This document shows, one piece after another, positions 1 to 10,413 of a stretch of DNA of 53,984 bases. Position numbers and translations under genes: made by a program. The stretch lies in NCBI GenBank assembly GCA_044356455.1, contig JBIKWF010000016.1:1-53984 (forward strand), in the 5' to 3' direction. Numbering within the stretch: position 1 is the stretch's first letter; each line of letters opens with the position of its first letter. The notes beneath the pieces were generated by a model. That model made no database searches, had not been told where the DNA came from, and saw nothing but the letters and a program-made list of their open reading frames with translations. Source of the stretch: Bdellovibrionota bacterium. Lineage in GTDB: Bacteria; Bdellovibrionota_C; UBA2361; JBGSMV01.

Positions 1-63
1 ATAGAGCATAGTGAACACCTTCGAGTTCATTTCTGACCACTGTGGGCTGAGCAATTCCCTAGT

Positions 64-1065
64 TTAGAGATAATCTAAGATACTAAGGTTCAACAAACGA
101 GAGGTAATTGTGTAGGACACCTCCAGGGCCGTCTGTGCCTGCTGAAGATTTGAACCGGACTCGGCAATATCAGCTTCTTGAAGTTTGGCCAAAGCCTCTT
201 TGGCGTCCGTCTCGGTAAGGTCAAGTAAGGAGCTTGCGGTATCGAGACGGCGCAAACTCGCCCCCACCCCTACTCGCTCTGGAATTACATCTTGCTCACG
301 CGCATTGGTAAGCAAGGTAATCGCGTCTTGAATAGCGGCCGTTTGTCGACCAGTGTCGGTGGGAAGACTATACGCAGCGCCGGTGCCATCGGGCTGTCCA
401 GAAGCAGGCAGAGTCTCGTAGCCCGCAAGGGCACGGCCAAGGCGTTCCAATGCATAGATACCGTTACTAAATATGCTGCTACCCGGCTTGCTGACCACAA
501 TGCTGAGGTCATCTGTTACATTGACGCTTCGGCTATCAGCATTCCCTAGATCGGCATTGACGGTGGTGTCGTCATAGATCCAGCGCTCTCCGGCATCGCC
601 TGTGAGTGGAAGTGCATACGCTGCCTGCCCGTAAGGCGCGTCATCATCGTCCGTACCGGCAAACACGTATTTCCCCTGATTCTTGGAGTTTGCAAGGGTC
701 ACCAAGTGATCTCGAAGTTCAAAGATCTCTCGTGACATCTGACTGCGAACCTCAGGCCCTACGGTCTCATTTGCGGCTTGAGTTGCAAGCTCGCGCCCTC
801 GAACAAGAATATCGTTGACCTGCGTGAGGACGTTGTCTTGGAACGCAAGGGTCGCCTTCACCGTCTCCACACGCTGCTTGTGGCCAGCAATTCTATCCAG
901 AGTCTCTCGGTACTGTGCGATGGTGCCCGCGAACTTCGAGTCCCCAGGATCTATGGCTTTGAGCCCCGTAGAAACTTCCCGGCTAAACCGGTTCACCCTG
1001 CCGCGGTTATCGGCGATATCAGCAAGCAGAGCACGGGCTACTTGGTTCTCAGATATTCTTGTCAT
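64..1065 (-). CDS. flgL: Flagellar hook-associated protein 3 (hook-filament junction)
   Basis: Flagellin-like N-terminus (MTRISENQ...STGLK...QAANET), GKYVFAG motif, C-terminal LNLSILDYL; overlaps the end of flgK. Confidence 0.93.
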   Translation of the reverse strand: MTRISENQVARALLADIADNRGRVNRFSREVSTGLKAIDPGDSKFAGTIAQYRETLDRIAGHKQRVETVKATLAFQDNVLTQVNDILVRGRELATQAANETVGPEVRSQMSREIFELRDHLVTLANSKNQGKYVFAGTDDDDAPYGQAAYALPLTGDAGERWIYDDTTVNADLGNADSRSVNVTDDLSIVVSKPGSSIFSNGIYALERLGRALAGYETLPASGQPDGTGAAYSLPTDTGRQTAAIQDAITLLTNAREQDVIPERVGVGASLRRLDTASSLLDLTETDAKEALAKLQEADIAESGSNLQQAQTALEVSYTITSRLLNLSILDYL

Positions 1066-2732
1066 AAGAGTTGCAGCACCTGGGTAAGGAGGTCATCCGC
1101 GACCTTAATCATTTTTGCTGACGCTTGATACGCCTTTTGAAACGATATGAGTCTCGTGAATTCTTCATCAAGATTGACGGCTGAAACGGAATCTCGCCTG
1201 GCTTGCGTTGCCACTACGTTGTCACCAGCCACCGATGCCGCAACGTCCGCCGCCGATTTTCTGTTTCCGATATAGGTAACGGACTCGTTGTAGGCTTGGT
1301 CATAGGTAGCAGTGAGCGAAAAATTCCCCGCTGAAAGACTCTGGGGCGTATTCTTAAGGTCAATCAGGGCAAGTAGATTTGAGTTATCTCCTGGCGCGTA
1401 TGACGCTGCTGCAGGTGGACCTGAGCTCGTATCACGTGCGGCTGCGATTTGACGCGCGTTCGTAGGGCGAATGCTAAGAATGCTTGAAAAGTTGCGTGTC
1501 GTGGTATTCGCCACGATATCGTCGAGGTCACCTGTCGTAGGGAGACCATCTGGTGTCACGCCGCGATCTTTCGCGCCAGAAAAATTGAAATCGAAGAACC
1601 CGAATACGGCAGGGTTATTACCGTCAAGGTCACCAGAACTTGGCTGATGTCCTGCCGTTGCGCCATCGCGGTCGGGTCCAAGATAGGTCTGATTGAAATT
1701 GGTAAGCAAAGAGCGCGTGAGGGCTTCCACTCGAGAAGCAGTTTCTACCAGAATACCATCGCCCTGGAAGGCCGTGGTATTGGTATCCGCATTATATCCG
1801 CGGAGAGCCAGCAATCCCGCAACAGAGCCAGTGCCATTTTTTAGAATCTGGGTGAGGTCAACATGCGCCTGACCGGTGCTACTTGGATCATAGTCATAGA
1901 CCACATGGCTTAGCACGCCTCCGTCGAGCGCCGGAGGAAGATTCCCTGCCGCAAAACTAGGGGAATTCGTGAAATCCAGTGATTTACTCGTTTCCCCTGT
2001 TACCAGTGAAATTCCGTTAGCCAGAGAGATTTGAACCGTACCGTCTGAACTCTCGATCGTCGTAAAACTGATCTTTTCAGCAAGTTGCCCAAGCAGGGTA
2101 TCGCGCTGGTCGCGCTCATCTGAAGCTTCAACTTCAGAATTCCCTTGTTCTATATTCTTAATTTGCCCGTTGATCTGCGCAATCTGAGCGGTAATCGAAT
2201 TTACGGTCTGGATTTCGGTCGCGAGGCGATTATCTGCTTCTCTCTGGAGGCTAGCCAAAGAGGAGAACGTTTGCTGGATGGTATTGACAAGGTCCCCGGC
2301 CCTCTGAAGCGTATTATTACGAAGCTCGATGCTTGAAGGATTGGCCGACAAGTCGTTGAGGGAGGTGAAAAATGCTGACAGAGTAGAACCTATTGTCTGC
2401 TGATTGCCCGAGAGACTAAAAAGATTCTCAATGCGGCCGAGAAACTCGTTTTGAACATCGGTCGATCCCCTACTTCCGAGCGCATCGCGAAGCAATTTTT
2501 CGATGAACTGGTCAGTTTGACGAGCAACGGATCCAATACGAACTCCGTTCCCGATGGATATGCCGGTTTCAGCAGTTCCTCGGCCGTAGTTCGTTTCAAG
2601 GTTGACAATCCGGCGGCTAAATCCAGGGGTATTAACATTTGCAATGTTATTGCCGAGGTTGGCAATAATTGCCTGTTGAGCGGCGAGGGCCCCTGCAGCG
2701 TTGTTTAGAATTTTCGAGCTAAAATTAGCCAT
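1062..2732 (-). CDS. flgK: Flagellar hook-associated protein 1
   Basis: NNIANVNTPGFSR N-terminal motif; C-terminal SVSAVNLDEE...FQKAYQASAK; 556 aa. Confidence 0.95.
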   Translation of the reverse strand: MANFSSKILNNAAGALAAQQAIIANLGNNIANVNTPGFSRRIVNLETNYGRGTAETGISIGNGVRIGSVARQTDQFIEKLLRDALGSRGSTDVQNEFLGRIENLFSLSGNQQTIGSTLSAFFTSLNDLSANPSSIELRNNTLQRAGDLVNTIQQTFSSLASLQREADNRLATEIQTVNSITAQIAQINGQIKNIEQGNSEVEASDERDQRDTLLGQLAEKISFTTIESSDGTVQISLANGISLVTGETSKSLDFTNSPSFAAGNLPPALDGGVLSHVVYDYDPSSTGQAHVDLTQILKNGTGSVAGLLALRGYNADTNTTAFQGDGILVETASRVEALTRSLLTNFNQTYLGPDRDGATAGHQPSSGDLDGNNPAVFGFFDFNFSGAKDRGVTPDGLPTTGDLDDIVANTTTRNFSSILSIRPTNARQIAAARDTSSGPPAAASYAPGDNSNLLALIDLKNTPQSLSAGNFSLTATYDQAYNESVTYIGNRKSAADVAASVAGDNVVATQARRDSVSAVNLDEEFTRLISFQKAYQASAKMIKVADDLLTQVLQLL

Positions 2733-2799
2733 TTACTAGCCCTTTGGAATTGCTCAGACGGCACTAATTGCCGGCGAGAACGCCCCGTATTGGTATAAG

Positions 2800-2815
2800 G
2801 GCAAAGGACGTGCCA
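2800..2815 (-). promoter_or_regulatory. Sigma54 (-24/-12) promoter for flgKL
   Basis: Minus strand reads TGGCACGTCCTTTGCC, matching TGGCAC-N5-TTGC, about 70 bp upstream of the flgK start. Confidence 0.75.
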
Positions 2816-2912
2816 CTCGGGCGCTTAAAGGTCGTGAATGAAGAATGAACTGCGCATGCCGTAGAAAAGGGCGGCGATCAACAGTCTGCAAGATAGTTCG
2901 GAATCAGTGTAG

Positions 2913-3111
2913 GGAACCTCTGAAAAGCTCACCTCTGTGTCCTTGTGGTAAGATTTTCATGAGGAATAACGCGGAGGACGCAGAGCCGTCTACGCCCTAC
3001 GGCTGCGCCGAGCCTGGCTTCAGTGCGGCCGTGGAGCAACTTCAGCGGAGCCGGGTACGCGGAGGGAAAACAGGACAAAAAAAGTTCCTTTTCGAGGTTT
3101 TCAGAGGTTCC
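2913..3111. mobile_element. MITE family A copy (IS5-like ends)
   Basis: Terminal inverted repeats GGAACCTCTGAAAA ... TTTTCAGAGGTTCC; internal ctctgtgtcc/ggacgcagag palindromic motifs; no transposase. Confidence 0.65.
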
Positions 3112-3163
3112 TTGGCATCGAGCCTACAGGGCACACCTTTTAAGAGGGCCTCAGAAATGCCCT

Positions 3164-3709
3164 TTAAACTTCCTTGAGAACTCCAGCCTTACGCGAACGG
3201 CCATCATGAACTGCTTCTTTCATGTTCCCGTTGCACGTATAGGAGCGAATGACAGTCTTGGTTGCAGACCAGAGTAAAGAAGCAAGGCCACTCACCATGG
3301 TGAGAGAGAAGCCGACCACATGACTAAATTCTAAGCTCTCCCGCTGAGAAGCACTCACAAGCTTTCGTAGTGCATCAACTTTAGGCAGCAGCATCTTAAC
3401 TTCGCGCGGGCTACAAAATTTGGTGACAAAGGCAGAAAGCTTCATGGAAGGAGGAGGCGCTTTGTGTCGCCCGAGCATTTCGGGTTCCCCAAGCGCACTG
3501 CGCATTAAAGAAAAGCGCGTTTCTTGCGCCTTAGCCATTAGTTCAATGAGGCGTTCCCGCTCGGAAGTTATTTGGGAAAATTTATCAGCTTTACTCGCTA
3601 CAATAAGGGAGCGCTCTTGTGCGAGAAGAGCTACGTACTTTCGATAGATCTCGATTTCAGCCGAAACACATTGGTCAAGGGAACGAGCAAGTTGGCCAGC
3701 AATCGACAT
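3164..3709 (-). CDS. flgN: Flagellar export chaperone FlgN-like
   Basis: Helical 181-aa protein (EIEIYRKYVALLAQERSLIV) located between flgM and flgK. Confidence 0.75.
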   Translation of the reverse strand: MSIAGQLARSLDQCVSAEIEIYRKYVALLAQERSLIVASKADKFSQITSERERLIELMAKAQETRFSLMRSALGEPEMLGRHKAPPPSMKLSAFVTKFCSPREVKMLLPKVDALRKLVSASQRESLEFSHVVGFSLTMVSGLASLLWSATKTVIRSYTCNGNMKEAVHDGRSRKAGVLKEV

Positions 3710-3763
3710 TGCATTCTCCTCTATCCGTCATATCTATCGGCTACGCACGTTCTAAGAAGACTG

Positions 3764-4129
3764 TTAGCCTTCAGTCGTTGCACCTTGTGCGCCGAAAATC
3801 TCATACATAATCTCCTCGCCCACCGCACGCGCAACTGCCTCAGACGACGGATTATAGTTTCCCTCTGCGACAAGCTGCTTCAGCTTTTCGACGCGGCTAC
3901 GACGCTCGGCAACCATGGCTTCGGGACTGAGTTCGGCGCTGATGGCCTTCGCGAGAGATACGTCCACGCTATCGTACTTTCCGCCAAGGAGCGTACCTTC
4001 AGTTTCTGCTTTAATCTTTTTTGCGAGTGTCGCGGCATCTTTCGCATTATTGGTGCGAAGCGCCTCTTGCTGCAGAATGTCCCTAGAGCTTCCTGGTGTA
4101 GTAAGATCCGATCGTTCCTTGATCTTCAT
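3764..4129 (-). CDS. flgM: Anti-sigma28 factor
   Basis: DSVDVS motif and RRSRVEKLKQLVAEGNYNPSSEAVA C-terminal signature. Confidence 0.88.
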   Translation of the reverse strand: MKIKERSDLTTPGSSRDILQQEALRTNNAKDAATLAKKIKAETEGTLLGGKYDSVDVSLAKAISAELSPEAMVAERRSRVEKLKQLVAEGNYNPSSEAVARAVGEEIMYEIFGAQGATTEG

Positions 4130-4249
4130 AGGTCTCGCCTCAATGTGAAATGCCCCCTTACCGCTGGCCAGTCCTTAGCCTTGAAGCAGGGTACGTACTG
4201 TTTCGATACCCCTCGGGGTTCAATGGATTCGCTTTCCTGGCCCTAAAGG

Positions 4250-4597
4250 CTACTTCTGCCTCTCAAGCTCTTTTTGAATAACCTCTTTAATTCCAAGGCC
4301 TTGCCCCTTGGCAATGTCCTGAGACAGCCCTTCTATAAACATGTCTCGGAAATACTTGCCCTCGTTTCCGCTGCCCCCGGTGAGCTCACTTTCTGGGACC
4401 GAGGCCCACATAGACTGAAACATCTGCTGAAGGAGCATGCCCTCGAAGTCGGCTGCCGCCTGCTTTACCCGAGCCTCTTTGCTAGGCCCTTGAACTCCCG
4501 CTTCCTTGAGACTTGTCTCAAGGTTCTTGGCCCTCAGCGCTGCAAGCTCAAAGCTTGAAGTGGACCCACCAATTTTTCCAAATCCGTCATTTGCCAT
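4250..4597 (-). CDS. flgJ: Rod-binding protein FlgJ (short form, no muramidase domain)
   Basis: AAADFEGMLLQQMFQSM...FRDM...GLGI rod-binding motif; 115 aa; follows flgI. Confidence 0.85.
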   Translation of the reverse strand: MANDGFGKIGGSTSSFELAALRAKNLETSLKEAGVQGPSKEARVKQAAADFEGMLLQQMFQSMWASVPESELTGGSGNEGKYFRDMFIEGLSQDIAKGQGLGIKEVIQKELERQK

Positions 4598-4607
4598 ACT
4601 TCACCAC

Positions 4608-5729
4608 TTACATGATATCGAGTTCAGCGTGCAGCGCTCCTGCGCGCTTGAGTGCCTGAAAGATTGAGATTAAGTCGCGCGGGGTTGCGCCAAGCGCATT
4701 AAGCGCCGTCACAAGTTCTCCCAGGGTAACTTCTCCTCCCAAGACAGCAAGAGAGCGCTCTTCTTCGCCTACCGTCACATCCGATTGTTGCACCACTGCC
4801 GTCTGACCTTGCGCCAGCGCGCCGGGCTGTGAGACTTGCGTCTCACTCCTAATCGCAATGTTGAGGTTGCCGTGAGCAAGTGCCACACGTCCGATACGAA
4901 CAGTGTCCCCCATGATAATGGTCCCGGTACGCTCGTTCACCACCACCCTCGCCCCAAGATCTTGGTCTACGGATACGTTTTCAACGCGAGCAACAAATCC
5001 AATGGGATCGCGCATGATATCACCCATCATCGGAAGTTCTACTGCGCCCGAATCAACAGCAACAGCGACAGGCCGGCCAAGGTCACGATTAATCGCCTCT
5101 ACGACACGCGTCATTGTGGTAAAATCCGGCTGGCGCAATACAATTCTTACACGATGCGCTTGAAACAAATCGAAGGGGATTCCTCGCTCTACGGTGGCGC
5201 CATCTGGAACAAGACCAACGGTGGGATGATTCTTCTGCGCCTGATCGCCCCCGCTTTCGACAGCAAATCCACCAACACTCACTTCACCCTGCGCTACGGC
5301 GTATACATTTCCGTCTGCGCCCTTAAGAGGAGAAAACAACAAAGTCCCTCCCTGAAGACTCTTGGCGTCACCGAGGGAGGAGAGCGTGATGTCGAGTTTC
5401 GTCCCTGGTCTCACAAACGCAGGAAGAGTTGCGGTGATCATGACGCCCGCCACGTTCTTCACCTTAACCTGCTCGGGGGGAATCTTAATGCCCATTTTTT
5501 CGAGCATGTTTGAAAGCCCCTTCCTGGTAAAATCGACGCTGTTGCCGTCGCCGGTACCATTGAGGCCCACTACAATACCAAAACCAAACAATTGATTTCC
5601 TCTCACTCCCTCCACGTCTGCAATGTCTTTAAGACGCGCAGCGGATGCAGACGTAACCGCACCCAAGGCAACAACCCCAAGCAACGAGAGACACAATTGA
5701 TAGAGTACGGTGCAAAATATCTTTCTCAT
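4608..5729 (-). CDS. flgI: Flagellar P-ring protein
   Basis: ARLKDIADVEGVRGNQLFGFGIVVGLNGTGD, DAKSLQGGTLL, VVVNERTGTI, GALHAEL; ATG 5729 chosen for its upstream RBS. Confidence 0.96.
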   Translation of the reverse strand: MRKIFCTVLYQLCLSLLGVVALGAVTSASAARLKDIADVEGVRGNQLFGFGIVVGLNGTGDGNSVDFTRKGLSNMLEKMGIKIPPEQVKVKNVAGVMITATLPAFVRPGTKLDITLSSLGDAKSLQGGTLLFSPLKGADGNVYAVAQGEVSVGGFAVESGGDQAQKNHPTVGLVPDGATVERGIPFDLFQAHRVRIVLRQPDFTTMTRVVEAINRDLGRPVAVAVDSGAVELPMMGDIMRDPIGFVARVENVSVDQDLGARVVVNERTGTIIMGDTVRIGRVALAHGNLNIAIRSETQVSQPGALAQGQTAVVQQSDVTVGEEERSLAVLGGEVTLGELVTALNALGATPRDLISIFQALKRAGALHAELDIM

Positions 5730-5744
5730 TGAAACCCCTCTCAC

Positions 5745-6761
5745 CTAGAATGGCCACCATCTACGGAAGACACGGCCAAGCCAGCCGCCGCGCTGAGCAT
5801 CTCCAATGGTGCCCTCTCCGAAGTAGTCGATTCGGACATTACCCACCTTCGAAGAATCAACTTCGTTTGCGGAATTGATGTCTTCGGGTCGAACGAGGCC
5901 GGAAATTACCATGGTCTCCTCCTCACTATTGAGAGCAATGATCTTCTCTCCTTCGATTCGCAGGATGCCTGATGGCAAGACCTCCGCCACCATCGCGGAA
6001 ATTTTCCCTGAAAGCTTGCCCTTACGCTCAGTAGACCCCTCCCCCTTGAAGTCCGTTGTTGTCGAGGCTCGAACGAGATTACTTAAGTCAGCTCCCGACG
6101 GCGTTGCTCCGCTCGTGCCTGAATCAAAGATATCAAGCTGAGACCATCCCTCGATTCCAAAAAGATTTCGCAGTGCGGCGCTAAAACTGGACTCCTGCTT
6201 TACGTCCGTGGTGCCCTCTTTTTTGGCATTCGTCGACTCGTTCACTACAATAGTTATAAGATCCATGGGCTGGAACGCTCGGTAATCGCGAAAGAGGTCA
6301 TTTGCCCCGCGACTCTCCTTCCAAAGCGAAGAGGAGACCCCGGGATCGCCAAGATTGAGAGGACCCGTATACTCACGATTATAGGGTCGCGGGTTAGGGT
6401 GCGCCTCGTATCCTTGCGCTGAAACATCCCCCTGCTGGTTAGTCACCACTCCAGAATCCTGATTCGGATTCCGCAGTACCCGAGGATCAAGCTCAGGGGG
6501 CAACTCATCACTTACCATTCGAAACTGCGCGCGTCCCTGATCTTGAAACCCGGCACCCGACACCTGCGGAGCTGCGGCCGACGCAAATCCCTGCTCTCTT
6601 CGCAACTTGGCGGCGTACTCAGGGTCACGGCGCGCATAATCAGACTTTACTCGATAGGCATACTCCTCCGCAGGCCTGCGATGCGTCGGCTCGACCGAGG
6701 CCGCACATCCGGCTCCAAGAAGAAGTGCCCCAAGACTCGCGAGTTTCAGATCTTTTCTCAT
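5745..6761 (-). CDS. flgH: Flagellar L-ring lipoprotein with extended N-terminal linker
   Basis: Lipobox LGAGC; DLITIVVNE, VAEVLPSGILRIEGEK, ISGLVRPEDI, C-terminal WWPF. Confidence 0.93.
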   Translation of the reverse strand: MRKDLKLASLGALLLGAGCAASVEPTHRRPAEEYAYRVKSDYARRDPEYAAKLRREQGFASAAAPQVSGAGFQDQGRAQFRMVSDELPPELDPRVLRNPNQDSGVVTNQQGDVSAQGYEAHPNPRPYNREYTGPLNLGDPGVSSSLWKESRGANDLFRDYRAFQPMDLITIVVNESTNAKKEGTTDVKQESSFSAALRNLFGIEGWSQLDIFDSGTSGATPSGADLSNLVRASTTTDFKGEGSTERKGKLSGKISAMVAEVLPSGILRIEGEKIIALNSEEETMVISGLVRPEDINSANEVDSSKVGNVRIDYFGEGTIGDAQRGGWLGRVFRRWWPF

Positions 6762-7792
6762 GGTCTTACCTCCACTACTCCAGCCTCAGTCACCACCCCA
6801 CTTACTACCTTTTTTGAATTCTCATTCTTTACCGTGATGACATCTCCCTGAGCTCCTTGCTGCAGCGCTATTCCTACCGCGCTCGCTTCAAGTAGCTTTG
6901 AGCGATACATGAGAGACACACGCTGACCCGCTTCAACAAGCGGTGGAATCATAAGATGTTGTCTGCGGAAGACTTCTCCGGGAGCAATTTCCTGGCTCAA
7001 TTTTAGCCCGACAACTCCGGACTCATTTTTGGCAACGTCGCGCGGGAGCGCATTCATATTCATGCGGGCCATCATAAAGTCGTCAGGTCCCACCACTGAC
7101 CCTTTCGGAAGCGGCCTTTTTGCAACCGGCATTTCGCGCCATTCCTCAAGACTCGCCTGCACGTCGAAGGCGGCTACTTTCTGACCCTCCTGGGAAACTA
7201 CCATCTGGAAGGTGTCAATTCCCGTGCGCGCAGAGGAAGGGCGCGAAATCGGCTCAATCTGAATAGCTTGAGGCGCGACCCGTATATTCTTCGGCATCTG
7301 AATACTTCTTACTTCTGCCTCTCTGCCGGTGCGTTCAAAGAAGGCATTAAGCGCCGACCGAATCTCCTCCTCCCCCACCGAGCGCGACGCGCGCTCCACC
7401 GTGATAATGCGCGGGAAGGTATAACCGACCTTATTGAGATCGACGCTATTTCGCGTGAGTGCTTCTAGAATCTGCTGGGCGCTGATCGTGATGTGGTCAC
7501 CCGGAGAAGGGCTTTTCCCCACTACTATTTTCTGCAACGCGATCACGGCATCATCGTCACGAGTAAACCGGGAATTAACGTCCGCTAAATCTCCGATTCG
7601 TATATCGGACCGCGTCACTGTTGCGCGCTCCCTACCTAATATTGAGATACTGCGAGCACTTCCTTCGATACGAGGAGCAGCTGAATCCTGCGAAATAGGA
7701 ATAAAATTCTGATTGAGTGGATCGGCCTGAGCGCTTAGCACCCCAAGTCCAAGCAATCCGCAGATACAAGATAAGCCCGTTACTAGCTTCAT
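6758..7792 (-). CDS. flgA: P-ring assembly chaperone
   Basis: Signal peptide, SAF domain (VAKRPLPKGSVV), C-terminal ALQQGAQGDVITVKNENSKKVV. Confidence 0.9.
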   Translation of the reverse strand: MKLVTGLSCICGLLGLGVLSAQADPLNQNFIPISQDSAAPRIEGSARSISILGRERATVTRSDIRIGDLADVNSRFTRDDDAVIALQKIVVGKSPSPGDHITISAQQILEALTRNSVDLNKVGYTFPRIITVERASRSVGEEEIRSALNAFFERTGREAEVRSIQMPKNIRVAPQAIQIEPISRPSSARTGIDTFQMVVSQEGQKVAAFDVQASLEEWREMPVAKRPLPKGSVVGPDDFMMARMNMNALPRDVAKNESGVVGLKLSQEIAPGEVFRRQHLMIPPLVEAGQRVSLMYRSKLLEASAVGIALQQGAQGDVITVKNENSKKVVSGVVTEAGVVEVRP

Positions 7793-7803
7793 AGCGACTA
7801 CTC

Positions 7804-8592
7804 CTAACGCTTGAGTGAAATTGCTTGGCCCAACATTTCGTCCGCCGTCGAGATCCCCTTAGAGGCGGCTTCATACGCACGCTGAGCAGTAATCATAGTG
7901 ACGACTTGCTCAACCACACTCACATTGCTCGCCTCAAGGAATCCCTGCTGGAGGCGTCCCATGCCATCAGCATTAAAGTTTCCCGTCACGGCCGTGCCTG
8001 AAGAATCTGTTTCCTGATAGAGATTTCGCCCTATGGCACGCAGTCCTGCTGCATTAGGGAATCGCGCGGCATCAAGAGTCCCCAAGTTCGTGAGCGCCGT
8101 TTGGCCCTGCACCCGACCACTGACCGTTCCATCCTCTGCGATAGTGACCGCAAGTACGGTACTATCAATGGTAATGGTGGGCTGAACTACATAGCCATCA
8201 TTGGTCACAATCTGACCTTGATCATTAAGCTGAAAGTTTCCGGCTCTAGTATATGCCGTGGTTCCATCCGGCTGCTGCACCTGGAAGAAGCCCTCTCCTT
8301 CGATAGCAAGGTCGAGTTGATTCCCGGTATTGCTAAGGTCTCCTTGTGAGAACACTCTCTGCACCGCGGCGGTCTTAACACCGAGTCCCACTTGAATTCC
8401 GCTTGGAGACTGTGTGCCCGTAGACGTCGGAGCTCCCGGCTCCACCACCGTTTGGTACATAAGATCCTGGAAGTCGGCGCGGCTCTTCTTGAATCCCGTG
8501 GTATTCACGTTGGCAAGGTTATTGGAGATAACGTCGATGTTAGTTTCCTGTGCGTGCATGCCAGTTGCTGATGAATACAATGCTCGAATCAT
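7804..8592 (-). CDS. flgG: Distal basal-body rod protein
   Basis: MIRALYSSATGM...NNLANVNTTGFKKSRADFQDLMYQ; LEASNV; 262 aa. Confidence 0.96.
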   Translation of the reverse strand: MIRALYSSATGMHAQETNIDVISNNLANVNTTGFKKSRADFQDLMYQTVVEPGAPTSTGTQSPSGIQVGLGVKTAAVQRVFSQGDLSNTGNQLDLAIEGEGFFQVQQPDGTTAYTRAGNFQLNDQGQIVTNDGYVVQPTITIDSTVLAVTIAEDGTVSGRVQGQTALTNLGTLDAARFPNAAGLRAIGRNLYQETDSSGTAVTGNFNADGMGRLQQGFLEASNVSVVEQVVTMITAQRAYEAASKGISTADEMLGQAISLKR

Positions 8593-8617
8593 ACGTGGTT
8601 CCTCTCGTTAGCCCCTA

Positions 8618-9379
8618 CTACCTTGCGCGCCGACCATATTGATTAATCGAAGTCTGGTTCATGTTATCGATGGTCTCAGTTGACTTGCTGTACATTTGAA
8701 ACGCGCGGTTGGCGGTCATAAGATCCACCACTGCTGAGATCACACTGATGTTGGCCATTTCTAGTGACTGCGGGACCACATCGGGATCGACATCCGTAGG
8801 AGCACTCGCAGAACCTTGGCTAAATCTTGTTCCCTCAGTGCGCTCGAGTCCCGCTGGATTTTCGAAGCGTACGACGCGGAGCTTTCCGACCGAGGCGCCA
8901 TCCACAAGGATACTTCCATCAGGTCCTACCCGAGGTGTGCCGTTGTCTATGGTGAGTGCGCCGCCGTCACTTTGAACGGGGAACCCATCCTGGGTAACAA
9001 GAGCCCCGCCTGGCCCGAGGGTAAAATTCCCTGCGCGTGTGTATTGGGTGCCCTTATTCGTTTCGACTACAAAGAAGTCATTTGGGTTGCGCAGCGCCAC
9101 ATCGAGCGCATTCCCCGTATTTCGAATTGGTCCCACCGAGAAATCAGTGACGGTCCTTACATCGATAACCCCGGGAGTACGTGCATGGTCCCCTCGCGCA
9201 TAGGGGTCCTGATTCTCCACAAGGCGCGCGAGGGTCGAGTCGAAGGTTTGCTCGGTACCTTGGAGCCCCTGCTTCTTAAAGCCGGGAGAATTGATGTTGG
9301 CGAGATTATTGGTCACCACATCTAGCTTTCTAAATTGCATCAACCCCCCGGAGGTCGCTGCGTACAGTCCGCGATCCAT
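8618..9379 (-). CDS. flgF: Proximal basal-body rod protein
   Basis: MDRGLYAATSG...NNLANINSPGFK, TGNALDVAL, YTRAGNF, LEMAN; directly upstream of flgG. Confidence 0.9.
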   Translation of the reverse strand: MDRGLYAATSGGLMQFRKLDVVTNNLANINSPGFKKQGLQGTEQTFDSTLARLVENQDPYARGDHARTPGVIDVRTVTDFSVGPIRNTGNALDVALRNPNDFFVVETNKGTQYTRAGNFTLGPGGALVTQDGFPVQSDGGALTIDNGTPRVGPDGSILVDGASVGKLRVVRFENPAGLERTEGTRFSQGSASAPTDVDPDVVPQSLEMANISVISAVVDLMTANRAFQMYSKSTETIDNMNQTSINQYGRRAR

Positions 9380-9388
9380 AGTTTTCTC

Positions 9389-10267
9389 CTAAAGAGTTTG
9401 TGTCTGCCTGCGAATAACGGGGCCCGTGAGAACCCCGAGTCGTGGATCTTCAATGCTTGCACTGCGCGCTTCCTCTGGTGAGAGTACCCCCGAGGTTCTG
9501 GGCTCGGCCTCGGGCTCCCGTGAGAATAGAGCGTTGCGCTGAAGGTCCCGTGCCCGAGCACGTGCCTCTTCAGCACGCGAGCTGACCGCGCCAAGGCTCT
9601 CGAGAACCTCTGAGTCCTGCACGCTTTCAGATTGCGCATGCTCTTCAATGACACTGACTTCTTTTTCAACACGCTCGCTGAGCCTGCGCTTACGCGCGGC
9701 TGGGATACGCTCGCGTGGCTCCATCACGACGGCAAAACTTGGTGGCTCCACCATGGGCTCTGAAACTACGGGAAACGCGGGCTGAGCGGCGACGCGTGCT
9801 TCACGCATCTCAGACCGTGAGCTCCGCCGAATGGCTGGCCTTTCTTGGTGAGAAACTTCAGAAACGAGGCTCTCCTGAATTACTGGTGCGGAGGGAGCGA
9901 CTTGAGGGATAGTCACCGCATTTCGCTCTAGGCCTCTAAGAACTGACTCCGCTCGGCTCGTAACGATTTCAAGGGCGCCCTTTCGCTCTTCCGCTTGAGT
10001 GATTTGGCGATTAAGACGCCCTTCGATGGTTTCAATATCAAAAAGGAGCTTTTCTAAGTCTTTCTGGCGCTTGAAGAGCTGATCGGTAAGGGCTCGGCTG
10101 CCTGAGTCTGCTTCACGGAGAAGCCCGCGCAAGCTGCCCTCAAGCTCGGTCATTCGGCCCAGGTTCACCCGTGGCCCCGAGCTCCTCACCATGCGCAGCC
10201 CAAACAGGACCAGGGAGAAGAATAGCCCCACGTCGATTGCTAGTTTGATCCACTCAGTCTGTATCAT
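9389..10267 (-). CDS. Membrane-anchored coiled-coil protein of unknown function, first gene of the flg operon
   Basis: N-terminal TM segment, heptad-rich region and disordered tail; 9 bp from flgF; ATG 10267 preceded by GGAAGG. Confidence 0.7.
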   Translation of the reverse strand: MIQTEWIKLAIDVGLFFSLVLFGLRMVRSSGPRVNLGRMTELEGSLRGLLREADSGSRALTDQLFKRQKDLEKLLFDIETIEGRLNRQITQAEERKGALEIVTSRAESVLRGLERNAVTIPQVAPSAPVIQESLVSEVSHQERPAIRRSSRSEMREARVAAQPAFPVVSEPMVEPPSFAVVMEPRERIPAARKRRLSERVEKEVSVIEEHAQSESVQDSEVLESLGAVSSRAEEARARARDLQRNALFSREPEAEPRTSGVLSPEEARSASIEDPRLGVLTGPVIRRQTQTL

Positions 10268-10413
10268 TGCAAAACCTTCCACGTACGACCCTTTTGACCT
10301 AAACAGAGCGTCAAGAACCCGGCAGTAGGTGAGGCAAGTGTCATCTTCCTGCCACCACAAAGCCTGCTAAGTGCCCGATTCCACGAGACCGCTGGTTCCA
10401 TCCTAGGAATGAA

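Noticed and set aside
3730..3765. Sigma28 promoter upstream of flgN (GCCGATAG on the minus strand)
   Set aside because: Good -10 element but no -35 element at the correct spacing
3572..5513. Long + strand ORFs 3572-4246 and 4836-5513, and similar antisense ORFs elsewhere (8816, 14245, 17522, 18552)
   Set aside because: They are shadows of well-supported genes on the opposite strand and carry no recognisable motifs
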